The notes beneath the pieces were generated by a model. It ran no database searches, had not been told where the DNA came from, and was given only the letters and a program-made list of their open reading frames with translations. Position numbers and translations under genes: made by a program. A stretch of DNA of 64,000 nt from an uncultured bacterium (GTDB taxonomy: Bacteria > Verrucomicrobiota > Verrucomicrobiia > Verrucomicrobiales > DEV007). Within the stretch, counting starts at the first letter, position 1. The number at the start of each line of letters is the position of its first letter. The stretch spans positions 352,001-416,000 of the forward strand of contig CAXBMO010000004.1 of assembly GCA_963977015.1 (NCBI GenBank). The letters are read 5' to 3'. Positions 40,505 to 49,331 of the stretch are shown in pieces.

Positions 40505-41703
40505 GCGGCCCCAGCCGCGACGCTCCCCCGAATATCCGGGAACGCCGAAAGCACCATCTCCACCAACCGCTCAGGAGACCGCGTCAGCGCGTCGGTCACG
40601 GGGATTCCCAATTCGCGCTCATACTTTACGATCGCAGCGGAAACCTCCGCATCGGTCATGTGTTCGTGGTTGATGGTCATGCCAATGACCTTGGTCGCGG
40701 CAAAGGTCTCGATCAGGTTGATCTCGCTCGCCGGAGTCGGCATCGCCATCTTGTCGAAGTCGCATCGATACTGTCTTCCCGGTGCGTGTTGCAGGACAAC
40801 GCCGTCAGGACAACTGCCCCGGATGATGAAACTGGACGTCGAATAGGCGGGATGACTCAGCGCCCCCTGACCTTCGATCAGGATGACATCGGGATTCTCC
40901 TTCTCAAACGCTTCCACGATCGTGGCTTCCAGCTCGCCCGCGCAAAATTGGGAGGGAACCGCATCAAGAGCCATGCCGTAGCGAGCTCCCTGGATCAATC
41001 CGGTTTGACCGGTGCCAATCATGACGGCTCTGACTCCATGCTCTTCGAGAGCGCGGGCCATCACGGTGGCCGTCGTGCGTTTCCCAATGGCGCAGTCCGT
41101 GCCAAGCACGGCAATGACCGGACAGGTAACCTCCGCAATGCGACCGGTGAAAACGCGAAGATCTTTCTTGTCGCGAGGCCTTCGCACATCACGAATCACC
41201 ACCTTGGATTTGGCAGACGCAGCGGCAAACTCCGGATCGTCATTCAAGAACTCATGAAGTCCATTCACAATGTTCATGCCAAGCTCAATGGCTCTCAGCA
41301 TGAGCTTTCGTTCGGTAGGCGAAAGCATTCCCGTCGCCGGAGCGATCCCAAAAATGAAATAGTCAGGGATGCGGTCCGCATGCGCCAAGGCCTCATCCAG
41401 ATCCCGATAAATGGGGATTCCATTCGGTTTGTCATCAAGAACCGCACCGGTGTCCTGCCCCGCCTTCCCACTATCGATCACCGAAAGAATTTCGTATTTC
41501 TCCGAGTGCCGAACCAGTCCATTCGCCGTCTTTCCGTCGATGTTCCCGAAGTTGGCTTCGCAATAAACGATTGCGGTGGCGGATTGAAGGAGATCAACGA
41601 TTGGCCGATACCGGGGCCGCTTGGTCAACTTGCGGTGAACTCCGGGACGCTGAGACGACAGACGAGGCTTCGGTGAAGCCGAAAAGGGTGGGTTTGTAGA
41701 CAT
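40501..41703 (-). CDS. DUF1611 domain protein (DgcN-like, P-loop)
   Basis: DGKTANGL, VNGLHEFL, GTDCAIGKRTT, GTGQTG, IEGQGALSHPAY; 4-bp overlap with the racemase gene. Confidence 0.88.
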   Translation of the reverse strand: MSTNPPFSASPKPRLSSQRPGVHRKLTKRPRYRPIVDLLQSATAIVYCEANFGNIDGKTANGLVRHSEKYEILSVIDSGKAGQDTGAVLDDKPNGIPIYRDLDEALAHADRIPDYFIFGIAPATGMLSPTERKLMLRAIELGMNIVNGLHEFLNDDPEFAAASAKSKVVIRDVRRPRDKKDLRVFTGRIAEVTCPVIAVLGTDCAIGKRTTATVMARALEEHGVRAVMIGTGQTGLIQGARYGMALDAVPSQFCAGELEATIVEAFEKENPDVILIEGQGALSHPAYSTSSFIIRGSCPDGVVLQHAPGRQYRCDFDKMAMPTPASEINLIETFAATKVIGMTINHEHMTDAEVSAAIVKYERELGIPVTDALTRSPERLVEMVLSAFPDIRGSVAAGAA

Positions 41704-41982
41704 GGATACTCCTCGAGCTAGGCTCAGAGGAGGCGACGGGATCGAGTCGACCGGAATTGGTCGAAAGTCAGCGAGAGGTCCCCACCAAGTTGGACTTGTG
41801 GATCCACTGTTACCACACACTGGTTGCCGCGTATAGGTTTACTTTCCGGCAACCCAATTCCCGCGATGCGATTTTCCAGGTTCCAGAAGCCGGCACCGTC
41901 CCCGCTCTTTCCCCACCCTGCCACGCTTGACAAGTTCACAGGCTCCCCACATTCTGCATCGGCCCTTCCGCAGATCACGGAG

Positions 41983-44148
41983 ATGACACCATTCCCACCA
42001 GACTATCAGCCCTCTCCCTTCTCGCTGCTTCTTCATCGGGGATGGATGCTAGTGCTCTTGCTGAACGCGCTCCTTCTCGGGCTCGCATCAGGATCTGACG
42101 AACTTCAAGGCGAAGATCCCGATTCCAGGAAACCCTACCAGGTCGCGGTGATCACCAGCAGTCAGGAAGGTTCCATCTCCACCACGATCGAAGCGATCAA
42201 GCGGTTTCTCGAAGCGGAAGCTCGCGACATCAATCGCGCCGGTGGGATTTCCGGCACGCCCATCAAACTCGTTTTCTATGACGACAACGAGGATGCCGAG
42301 CAAACCAAGGCCAAAGTCGAGGAAGCGCTCGGCGAAGAACGACTGATTGCAATGCTTGGATTGTGGAGCTCATCCCGCGGGGCCGGGGTCCTCGATCTCA
42401 TCGGCAGGAGCGGAGTTCCCTTCATCTCCGAAATCTCCCTGGATCAGCTTTTCCGAAGTCATGACAACATCTTCACCCTAACCACTTCCGTCAGCGACGA
42501 CACCCAGTTGTTTCGGCGCTTTCTTGCCGAAAATTTTTCCAGCGTTCAATTCGTCGGCGTGAACGACGACCTCTTCACCCTCGAGTTTCATCAGGCACTC
42601 GATGAGCTGAAAGGCACGTTGCAGATCATGGACGAACTTTGGGTCGACTCCAACAACGAGCTTTCCCAATCCGCCCTTGATGAAATCATCGCCGCCATCC
42701 GCGAACGCCAACCTTCCATCATCTGCATGGCGGCGGGAAGCTTCCGTGGAAGCGTCATTCTTCAGGCACTTGCCGAAGCCGACATCGATACACCCGTCTA
42801 TTTTGCCACGGGCACGATCCAGCGGGTCTTGCGAAATCTGGATGGTGTCGATTACCGCGGAGCGCTCTATCAAAACAGCACGGATATCCCGTTTGTGGAA
42901 AACGAGCGCCTCGCTCAGATCCAACGTCACCCGGAATTCATCTCCCGACGCATCGACTACTCCAATGACGACCTGGCCTACGGCTTTAGTTACGCCGACA
43001 TGCTGGCCATGATTGCGGATGCCGCGAAGGACGCTCCTGACCTGAACCCCACCGGCCTGCGATCCCACATCAGTTCCCGGCTCCGGGAGATCAAAGCCGG
43101 TCAGCAGTTCTACGAAGGGGTCTGGCGCAACTGGGCCTTTACCAAGAATCGGGCCGTCTCACAAGACAAGCTCCTTCACTGGCGCCCCAAGAACAGCCAG
43201 GACCTCAAGCTGTTCCCCACTCAATACCAGGCAAAACCAACCGGCCTCAGCCAGGTTCCCGTCGTTTATCTCAACATCGATATGGAGCAAATCCGATCGG
43301 TGGATAGTATGGAGAAGACGTTCGACGCGGACTTCTATATTTCCATGACCAGCAATCAGGAGATCACGCTGGACGACTTTGAATTCACCAATGCCTATCG
43401 CAGTAGCGGCAGCGGCGCGCCTCTCATCTCGAATCGCAATCTCAAGACGACCCAAATTCCCGGCAGCTCTGAAGTGCAACGGCTTTACAAAGTCTCCGGG
43501 CGTTTTCTCTTTGATCCAGACCTCGGAGACTACCCGTTCGACGAACAGCGATTCTCCATCTCGTTTCAACCGACCAACACCACCAGTCCCTTTCTGATTC
43601 AACCACCTCCCCCGACCCTGCGCGAGGATCGATTCGACATCGATGGATGGACCCTGTCTGAGGACGTCGGCTACGTCGGCACGGAAGAGGACATCATCTC
43701 CACCTTCCAGGATTACGGCTCCGGTCGCAGCATCCTCGCCTTCCACAAATTCAACTTCACCTGGACCGCGCAACGCTACGTGCTGGACTACTACCTCCGC
43801 GTCGTCATCCCGCTCGCCCTCATTATGGTCGTCGCCTACTTCTCCGTCTTCATCCCGAATTCCAAGTTCGACAGCGTCATCGCCATCCAGGTAACCGCAC
43901 TCCTCTCCACCATCGCCCTCTACCTCGCCATCCCTAAAATGGACTCGGAGACCGCGACCATGTCGGACCAGATCTTCCTCTTCACCGAAGCCGTCATCGG
44001 CCTCATGATCGCCTTCTCGATTTTGCGGGTGAACATCCCCAAACGCCTCCGCGTCCCGGCCACCCTCATCATGCTGGCCCAGGTCATCACCGTTCCCGTC
44101 CTCGTGCTCCTCATGGTCCGCTACGTCTGGATGGTTCAGGTTGGGTGA
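41983..44148 (+). CDS. Type-1 periplasmic binding protein fused to a pentameric ligand-gated ion channel
   Basis: INRAGGISGTPIKLVFYDD (LivJ-like PBP); VDSMEKTFDADFYI, DYPFDEQ Pro-loop, FDIDGWTL, pre-M1 R..LDYYLRVVIP, four C-terminal hydrophobic helices; start uncertain. Confidence 0.85.
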   Translation: MTPFPPDYQPSPFSLLLHRGWMLVLLLNALLLGLASGSDELQGEDPDSRKPYQVAVITSSQEGSISTTIEAIKRFLEAEARDINRAGGISGTPIKLVFYDDNEDAEQTKAKVEEALGEERLIAMLGLWSSSRGAGVLDLIGRSGVPFISEISLDQLFRSHDNIFTLTTSVSDDTQLFRRFLAENFSSVQFVGVNDDLFTLEFHQALDELKGTLQIMDELWVDSNNELSQSALDEIIAAIRERQPSIICMAAGSFRGSVILQALAEADIDTPVYFATGTIQRVLRNLDGVDYRGALYQNSTDIPFVENERLAQIQRHPEFISRRIDYSNDDLAYGFSYADMLAMIADAAKDAPDLNPTGLRSHISSRLREIKAGQQFYEGVWRNWAFTKNRAVSQDKLLHWRPKNSQDLKLFPTQYQAKPTGLSQVPVVYLNIDMEQIRSVDSMEKTFDADFYISMTSNQEITLDDFEFTNAYRSSGSGAPLISNRNLKTTQIPGSSEVQRLYKVSGRFLFDPDLGDYPFDEQRFSISFQPTNTTSPFLIQPPPPTLREDRFDIDGWTLSEDVGYVGTEEDIISTFQDYGSGRSILAFHKFNFTWTAQRYVLDYYLRVVIPLALIMVVAYFSVFIPNSKFDSVIAIQVTALLSTIALYLAIPKMDSETATMSDQIFLFTEAVIGLMIAFSILRVNIPKRLRVPATLIMLAQVITVPVLVLLMVRYVWMVQVG

Positions 44149-44340
44149 CGTTCGGGCAGGCATCCTGCCATTACCAATTTGTCACCGACAAACGGGTAAC
44201 CGATTGATCCCCCCCGCACGAACTTTCCTCCAAAACGTCCCTTGACCGTTCCGCCCATCTCGGATTCTCTATGCGGTATGCAAAGCAGGTTCACGACGGT
44301 TTCACCCCATCAGCCCAGCGCCGAATCCCGTGGCAAACTT

Positions 44341-44383
44341 CCAGACGTTATTTGACACTTCTGTCACCTGTAAAACGTTATCC
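44341..44383 (+). other. Cassette-array start; attI-like or degenerate att site with core GTTATCC
   Basis: ctgtaaaacGTTATCC, core starting 13 nt before the first cassette ATG; ACGTTA repeated 30 bp apart; no attC-like hairpin upstream. Confidence 0.4.
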
Positions 44384-44389
44384 CTAAAA

Positions 44390-44986
44390 ATGCTTACCCG
44401 GTTCCGCGATAAATATGGCGAGGGCGAAGGTGCCAGCGACGAGCTGAACCCTGCTTTCCTATCACCACTTGAGGAACGAGCCATTGGCATCACGGAGCTT
44501 CTCAGTTCTTCAGGAGGCGCAACCTTTGCGAATGGTCTTTATCGCCTTCACGGGGCTGGAGACATCGGGGCTTGGACGAAAAACGTCGAAGCTACGTTCC
44601 CTGAGTATGAGGGGGCGTTGGTTTGTTTCGGATATGATTGGCTCGGCCGACACTTCGCTCTTGATACCACAACGGACAAAGGACAGTGGCAGATTTTACT
44701 CATCGAGCCAGGTGCTGGGGAAGCGATGCAGATTCCCAGCTCATTTGCGGATTTCCACAACATTGAATTAGTTGAGTATGCTTCAGATGCGCTCGCTGAA
44801 CCGTTTTTTATAGAGTGGCTTTCTTCGGGTGGCGCATTTCCAAAACCCACAGAGTGTATCGCTTACAAGACACCACTCTTCCTGAATGGATCAGATACTA
44901 TTGAGAATTTGGAGGTCTCTGATATGGACGTGTATTGGCATTTGTGCGGTCAACTTCGCCAATCAATCACAACCGGATTAGGGTAG
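44390..44986 (+). CDS. Tdi1/DUF1851-like (SMI1/KNR4-related) immunity protein, integron cassette
   Basis: GGATFANGLYRLH, FGYDWLGRHFALD, ECIAYKTPLFLNGSD..ENLE..D..VYW; more AT-rich than the flanks; current stop lies inside the intron end. Confidence 0.78.
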   Translation: MLTRFRDKYGEGEGASDELNPAFLSPLEERAIGITELLSSSGGATFANGLYRLHGAGDIGAWTKNVEATFPEYEGALVCFGYDWLGRHFALDTTTDKGQWQILLIEPGAGEAMQIPSSFADFHNIELVEYASDALAEPFFIEWLSSGGAFPKPTECIAYKTPLFLNGSDTIENLEVSDMDVYWHLCGQLRQSITTGLG

Positions 44987-46021
44987 GCCCAGGGTTTGAA
45001 CCGGTTTGAACCTGCCCTCCACACCACGGGACATGCGGGTCCGCACGCGGCGGTTCCAGTCAGTCATGCAAGTCCCCGTGGACCAGGCAAGGGCGCCATC
45101 TCCATGAACTCTCTTGGATGCTTTGAATTGGTTTTCAGTTTGAGTATCTGACTCGCTTCGCTCGGCTCTCTGCCCGCAACCCTACTCGGTTTGTGGCTCG
45201 CCCAATCGGGTTCAACGCCTTGAGCAGGTGCTCGGGTCGGTTCATCCGATTGGTTCGGTCCTTCATCGGGTGGATCCTCCGTTGGGCGCAAGCGCCGTCC
45301 AGTTCGTTTCCGCCATTTGGTGAGCCCTCCGGTTTCTTAGTTTAAACGGGCGATTCAACACCCCCGGCTCGTCTTCCACGACTACTACGACCTCGGCTGA
45401 CATTTACCTCCGGGACTGAATGAGGGAATTTCGCTGTGTTGTGCTAGCTCGTTCCATCCCGTCGGTCTCGGATGAGGTTCTTGTTCATCGGCTGATGGCT
45501 TTGATGTCGCTTTGGCGCTCCACTCTCCGGGCAGCCCAATGGCTGTCGGTGTCCGCTTCGCTCCCATTCCCATAACCTGCCTCCCCACATTCGGTTACCC
45601 GGCCGCAGTTGGCCTCTGCTAGTTCTTTGCATCCTTCAGATGTTCATTCTATAAACAGGGGACTTGAACGAATGGCGCAAAGATAAGCGGGGTCATCGAT
45701 AAACTTAGCCGGGTCTCCACAGGGATTTATTCCCGTGGAACAGAGACCACCCACCAGACCATTTCCATCCATACGCTCGCCCCGGCTGGCCTTGCGCCAG
45801 TCGAGCGCTGACGCCGTTTGGCACCGTCAAAACCCAGTTCGTGTGGCTGGAAGGAGTCAGCGCTCCACCGGCATGAAGCCGGTGGGGGCGATGGGTTTCA
45901 GGAGGCGGTTCTGGTGGTTGATCGAGCACCCACCGGGGCGAGCCCGGAGGAGAGCTAAGGTGGTTAACCTTGCGCCATTCGGACTTGAACCCCTTTTGGT
46001 TTCAGCCCATGCTGGACGTAC
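44978..46021 (-). mobile_element. Degenerate ORF-less class C (IIC-attC) group II intron
   Basis: Minus strand: TTGT|GTACGTCCAGCATGGGC...GGGGTTCAAGTCCCC 5' end; TCAGCCGAGGTCGTAGTAG...GAAGGACCGAAC (DIII-like); domain V GAACCGCCGCGTGCGGACCCGCATGTCCCGTGGTGTGGAGGG (45015-45056, CGC triad); CCTACCC 3' end. No RT ORF. 3' boundary +/-3 nt. Confidence 0.85.
45670..45980. mobile_element. MITE / internally deleted IS (IS4-like ends)
   Basis: Terminal IRs GAATGGCGCAAAGATAA / GAATGGCGCAAGGTTAA (15/17); flanked by a perfect 10-bp duplication GGACTTGAAC (45660-45669, 45981-45990). Confidence 0.9.
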
Positions 46022-46144
46022 ACAATGCGCCGCACACAGACACGGACCCTGGGGAGTTATCAGAAGGCACCTCACTCACAACATTCGTCAGCCTGCTGCG
46101 AACTGCTCCCCCTCGGTCCTTACTGGTCAGCGCTGACGTTCTGC
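46022..46144 (+). other. attC site (R'' interrupted by the intron)
   Basis: acaatgcgcc..ggaccctggggag...ctccccctcggtcc..gcgctgacGTTCTGC imperfect hairpin ending in a GTT core, 9 nt before the next ATG. Confidence 0.75.
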
Positions 46145-46153
46145 TTTTAAGTC

Positions 46154-46438
46154 ATGGCATCGACATTCTTCGTTCAACAGCGGACAGGTGAGACTTGGAA
46201 CGAGCTCACCGGCAAGTTCATGGAATTTTGTATTCAGATCAAGGGGGTGACGCGGGGTGGATGCCACGAAGGGGATTCAAACCCAGCGGAGCTTGACGGG
46301 CAGGTCTATGCCTCTGTTGCGATCCCTGATCACTCACCTGACCTTATGACATATCTAACGGAGTGGGCGAGCTCTGAAGATCGACAAATATGGTCTAAAG
46401 AACAGTTTGCAGAACAAGGCGTCAATCTCAATACCTGA
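46154..46438 (+). CDS. Hypothetical cassette protein
   Basis: 94-aa ORF between G|TTCTGC and the complementary GCAGAAC; reads into the attC. Confidence 0.65.
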   Translation: MASTFFVQQRTGETWNELTGKFMEFCIQIKGVTRGGCHEGDSNPAELDGQVYASVAIPDHSPDLMTYLTEWASSEDRQIWSKEQFAEQGVNLNT

Positions 46439-46532
46439 ACCGCTCCAAGTTCAAACTGCCATGACCATCACCATTTAACCCGGAAGTCGGAGCGTGCCCT
46501 CGGGCAGGTGTATAAGGAATTCGACGTTCACA
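46409..46532 (+). other. attC site
   Basis: R'' GCAGAAC (46409-15) complements the cassette's leading GTTCTGC; inner pairs atacctg/caggtgtat and cgctcc/ggagcg; R' GTTCACA (46526-32). Confidence 0.75.
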
Positions 46533-46533
46533 G

Positions 46534-46803
46534 ATGAAAGAGCGATCACGCTTCCGATTACTTTCAGGTTTTCTCCTGCTGATCATCGGCACGATGGGCG
46601 GCATTGCCCCCTTGAAAGACGGCCTACATTTCGTGACTGGGATCGACAAGTCTTACATCTCAAATACTACTGACACTGTCACTCACGCAGATCTCTGGCT
46701 GATGCATAACGGCGTCGGGAAGCTTGTAGCCACAGTGACCGGATTATACATCCTTCTTCCAGCGTTCTGGTCCGCATTGACGAAGAAGAAACAGAAGAAT
46801 TGA
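46534..46803 (+). CDS. Small two-TM hypothetical cassette protein
   Basis: ATG 1 nt after R'; two hydrophobic segments and a basic tail; no downstream attC recognised. Confidence 0.65.
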   Translation: MKERSRFRLLSGFLLLIIGTMGGIAPLKDGLHFVTGIDKSYISNTTDTVTHADLWLMHNGVGKLVATVTGLYILLPAFWSALTKKKQKN

Positions 46804-46929
46804 AATGAAAAGCAGTTTCCCGGTTAACCATTGATTGATCTTCGCGGATCTGACAATTGAGTTTTGGCTGAGTTGGATGTTCATCCTATCGATCGATAGG
46901 GGATTTGCCCAGGTTCCCTGCTTCTCTTC

Positions 46930-49086
46930 TCAACGCGTGATGACGCCGGAACTGTAGAGCATGTGCGGGTATTCGACTTGGTCCAGAATCGTGAAATGCC
47001 CCTTGCGCGTGGCCTCGGCTTTCCCGTCACGGAGAAGCGAGAATTCCGGGGTGAAGGTTTCTCCTTTCGGCAACGGCACGGTAAAGCGGGTGATACCCTG
47101 GGGCGCCTCTTGTTCGTAGAGTCGATCGCCCACCTGAATGCGCAGGGTGCCCGGCTTGGCGAGGAATGCGAGCAGCTCGATTTCATTGCGTGGCTTTGTG
47201 CTTCCCCTGAAGCTCCACGTCTTGCCCTTGCCGGGATCAACCTCGGTGTGGTTCTTGCGATAGAAATAGTAGAGGACGTCGCGAACAATCGGCGGTTGTT
47301 CGCCGGTTTTGAACCACTGCGTATAATAGGTATTCAGATCGTGCGGGGCAAAGCCGAGGCAGGACGATGGTTGCATGGCCTGCTCGGAATAATCCGACCA
47401 GCTGATGAGAAACGTCCAGTCTGCCCCGGTTTCGATGGCCTCGTGCCACAGGCCGGTCAGGGTCTGGCTCCCTCCGGCTTCCCAGAGAGCGCAGCCGCGC
47501 GTTCGCACGTCCTGCGCGCAAATCGGATAGACCACCTTGGTGGTGAGATCCCGAACTTTGGCGGTCCAATCGAACGGCCGGGGTTCGCGCGGTCCCCAAT
47601 GCGCCATGCCGTAGGCAATCGGTGAAAAATCCTGCAGCGTGTTGTAGCTGTTGAACTGGCAGACCAGGGCAATCGGATGCCCCTGGCGCTCAAGTTCCGC
47701 GATGACTCTCTTCCACCAGCCCGGGCTGTGACGTTCCGTCAGCCACATGCTCAAAACCACCCGACCGTCCTCCAATCGAAGCGTGGCAGGATGCTGGAGA
47801 ATGCGCTGAATGGTGGGTGAATTGGCGTATTCGATCGGGTCCGCATCCTGGTCGCCCTCGCCGCGAATGCCGCTCTTTCCTCCCGAATACACCGCGGGAA
47901 GGATCTTGAACTCCGGGTCGACATCCCGAGCGGCATCCAGCAGGGCGAAACTGTTTTTCTGGAAATAGCTTTGGCCGTTGGTGGGGTGCGGATCGGACCA
48001 GAAATCGGCCAGAAACCCGTCGATCCCCATCCGGCGCGCCAAACGCACCTCCTCGGTTCGCGCCATCAGCATCAGTTCATCCTGGCTGAGGTTGGACGGC
48101 AACGGGGGACGCGGCAACGGGCGGTAGAGCAGTTCCGTCCCCGCGTCGGCCCGGTCCTTTTTCTGGTTCGCCGAAGGATTCAGGACCGTCCGGGTGTACC
48201 AGGACAATCCCGGGTCGTATTGATCCACGCCGGATCCGTAGATGAAGTAGTAGGCAAACACCTTCCGCGGGCTTTGATGCAACTCGGCCAAGGGCAACTG
48301 GTCGAACGGCAGCAGGCTCCGGCGAACCGCATCCACCTGGCCCGCCATGCACACATTGTCCAACGCCCAGCCCCCAACCGCCGCATCCGGCCCCTCGCTG
48401 GAAAAGATCAACCGGGTAAACGGAGTCGCGGGATTGGAAACAGGAACCGATTTGCGCACCTGAGGACCCGAGCGTTGCCAGGTGCTTTTCGTGGCGTCGC
48501 GCAGCGAAATCGTGGCATCACCTATCTCCGGCAGCAGGACCGAAAGATGATACCACCGTCCCGTTTCCAAGGCACAGATTTCCGTGACCTGCCCAGCTGA
48601 ATCCTCCACGGAAAGCGAGCCGTTGCGCCCGAGATGCAAACCGATCCCAGTCCCTTCGGCAGACAACAACTTGCCGGCAAATTCCACACCGCCCGGTTCG
48701 CTCCCTTCGTCCAAGCGGAAGTCGAATCCGAGATAGAGTTCCCCCTCCGGCGGGGCCAGAAAATCGTGGCGAATCCCGAGACCAGAACCGCCGGTCGCAC
48801 TTTCGTCCTTCAGCACGAGCCCCTTCCCCGTCGCCTCGTTCTTTACGAAGGGCGATTCGTCCCCGGAAGAGAGTTCCAGGCTGACTCCCTCCACCAAATC
48901 GCCAACCATCTGCCACGGATGGGGCGGCAGCTTCCCCGCCGGGTATTCGTCAAAGCGATCGAGCGGCAAGGTTTCGACCGTTCCGGTTTGCGCGGACAAC
49001 TCTTCGACAGCGTTGCATCCCAGGCTGAGAATGAGAATGGGCAGCAGACCAAAAATGGGATTAAGAAATCGCATGGTTTTCGGCAC
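46930..49086 (-). CDS. Lipoprotein with GH71/GH99-like alpha-glycanase domain
   Basis: Lipobox LSLGC; VFAYYF, GIDGFLAD, LISWSDYSE, PPIVRDVLYYFYRK; N-terminal jelly-roll-like region. Confidence 0.75.
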   Translation of the reverse strand: MPKTMRFLNPIFGLLPILILSLGCNAVEELSAQTGTVETLPLDRFDEYPAGKLPPHPWQMVGDLVEGVSLELSSGDESPFVKNEATGKGLVLKDESATGGSGLGIRHDFLAPPEGELYLGFDFRLDEGSEPGGVEFAGKLLSAEGTGIGLHLGRNGSLSVEDSAGQVTEICALETGRWYHLSVLLPEIGDATISLRDATKSTWQRSGPQVRKSVPVSNPATPFTRLIFSSEGPDAAVGGWALDNVCMAGQVDAVRRSLLPFDQLPLAELHQSPRKVFAYYFIYGSGVDQYDPGLSWYTRTVLNPSANQKKDRADAGTELLYRPLPRPPLPSNLSQDELMLMARTEEVRLARRMGIDGFLADFWSDPHPTNGQSYFQKNSFALLDAARDVDPEFKILPAVYSGGKSGIRGEGDQDADPIEYANSPTIQRILQHPATLRLEDGRVVLSMWLTERHSPGWWKRVIAELERQGHPIALVCQFNSYNTLQDFSPIAYGMAHWGPREPRPFDWTAKVRDLTTKVVYPICAQDVRTRGCALWEAGGSQTLTGLWHEAIETGADWTFLISWSDYSEQAMQPSSCLGFAPHDLNTYYTQWFKTGEQPPIVRDVLYYFYRKNHTEVDPGKGKTWSFRGSTKPRNEIELLAFLAKPGTLRIQVGDRLYEQEAPQGITRFTVPLPKGETFTPEFSLLRDGKAEATRKGHFTILDQVEYPHMLYSSGVITR

Positions 49087-49210
49087 CCCTAAGCTCGAGG
49101 GCTACGGAAAGGCAAGTTTTCGTCGACAATCGCGCCCCAACATCCAGTCGACGCAGTCCCCAGTTCAACGCTCCCCCATTGCAAAGCGCCGCAAGGCCTT
49201 CGTTCCCACA

Positions 49211-49229
49211 ACGCCCATGCTGGGCACAC
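49211..49229 (-). mobile_element. 5'-end scar of a second IIC-attC group II intron
   Basis: Minus strand TTGT|GTGTGCCCAGCATGGGCGT: same target tetramer, position and 5' motif as the intron at 46021. Confidence 0.7.
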
Positions 49230-49283
49230 ACAAGGCATTGTAGTGGAACGCTGATCGCGTCCGCTAAACGCGAGACGTTCTGC
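49230..49283 (+). other. attC site remnant
   Basis: acaaggcattg-tagtggaacgc-tgatc-gcgtccgcta-aacgcgagac-GTTCTGC hairpin. Confidence 0.7.
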
Positions 49284-49313
49284 TAAGAAAAGCCTTGAGC
49301 CCCTTCAGATTTC

Positions 49314-49330
49314 GGTATAAAAAATATACC
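49314..49330 (+). promoter_or_regulatory. Palindromic operator overlapping the TA promoter
   Basis: GGTATA-AAAAA-TATACC directly before the GTG start; TTGAGC at 49295-49300. Confidence 0.65.
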
Positions 49331-49331
49331 G

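Noticed and set aside
44296-44325. ttcaccccatcag stretch resembling the reverse complement of a IIC intron 5' region
   Set aside because: Too short and lacks the GCCCATG...ACACAA boundary.
45064-46191. Short ORFs within the intron and MITE
   Set aside because: No RT (YADD), maturase or DDE motifs; better explained as structured RNA and MITE sequence.
46885-46900. Perfect palindrome CCTATCGATCGATAGG
   Set aside because: Single copy between convergent genes; at most a terminator-like hairpin, with no U-tract or attC boxes.
46963-47625. 220-aa plus-strand ORF in the cassette region
   Set aside because: Antisense to the GH71-like gene; no att boundaries.
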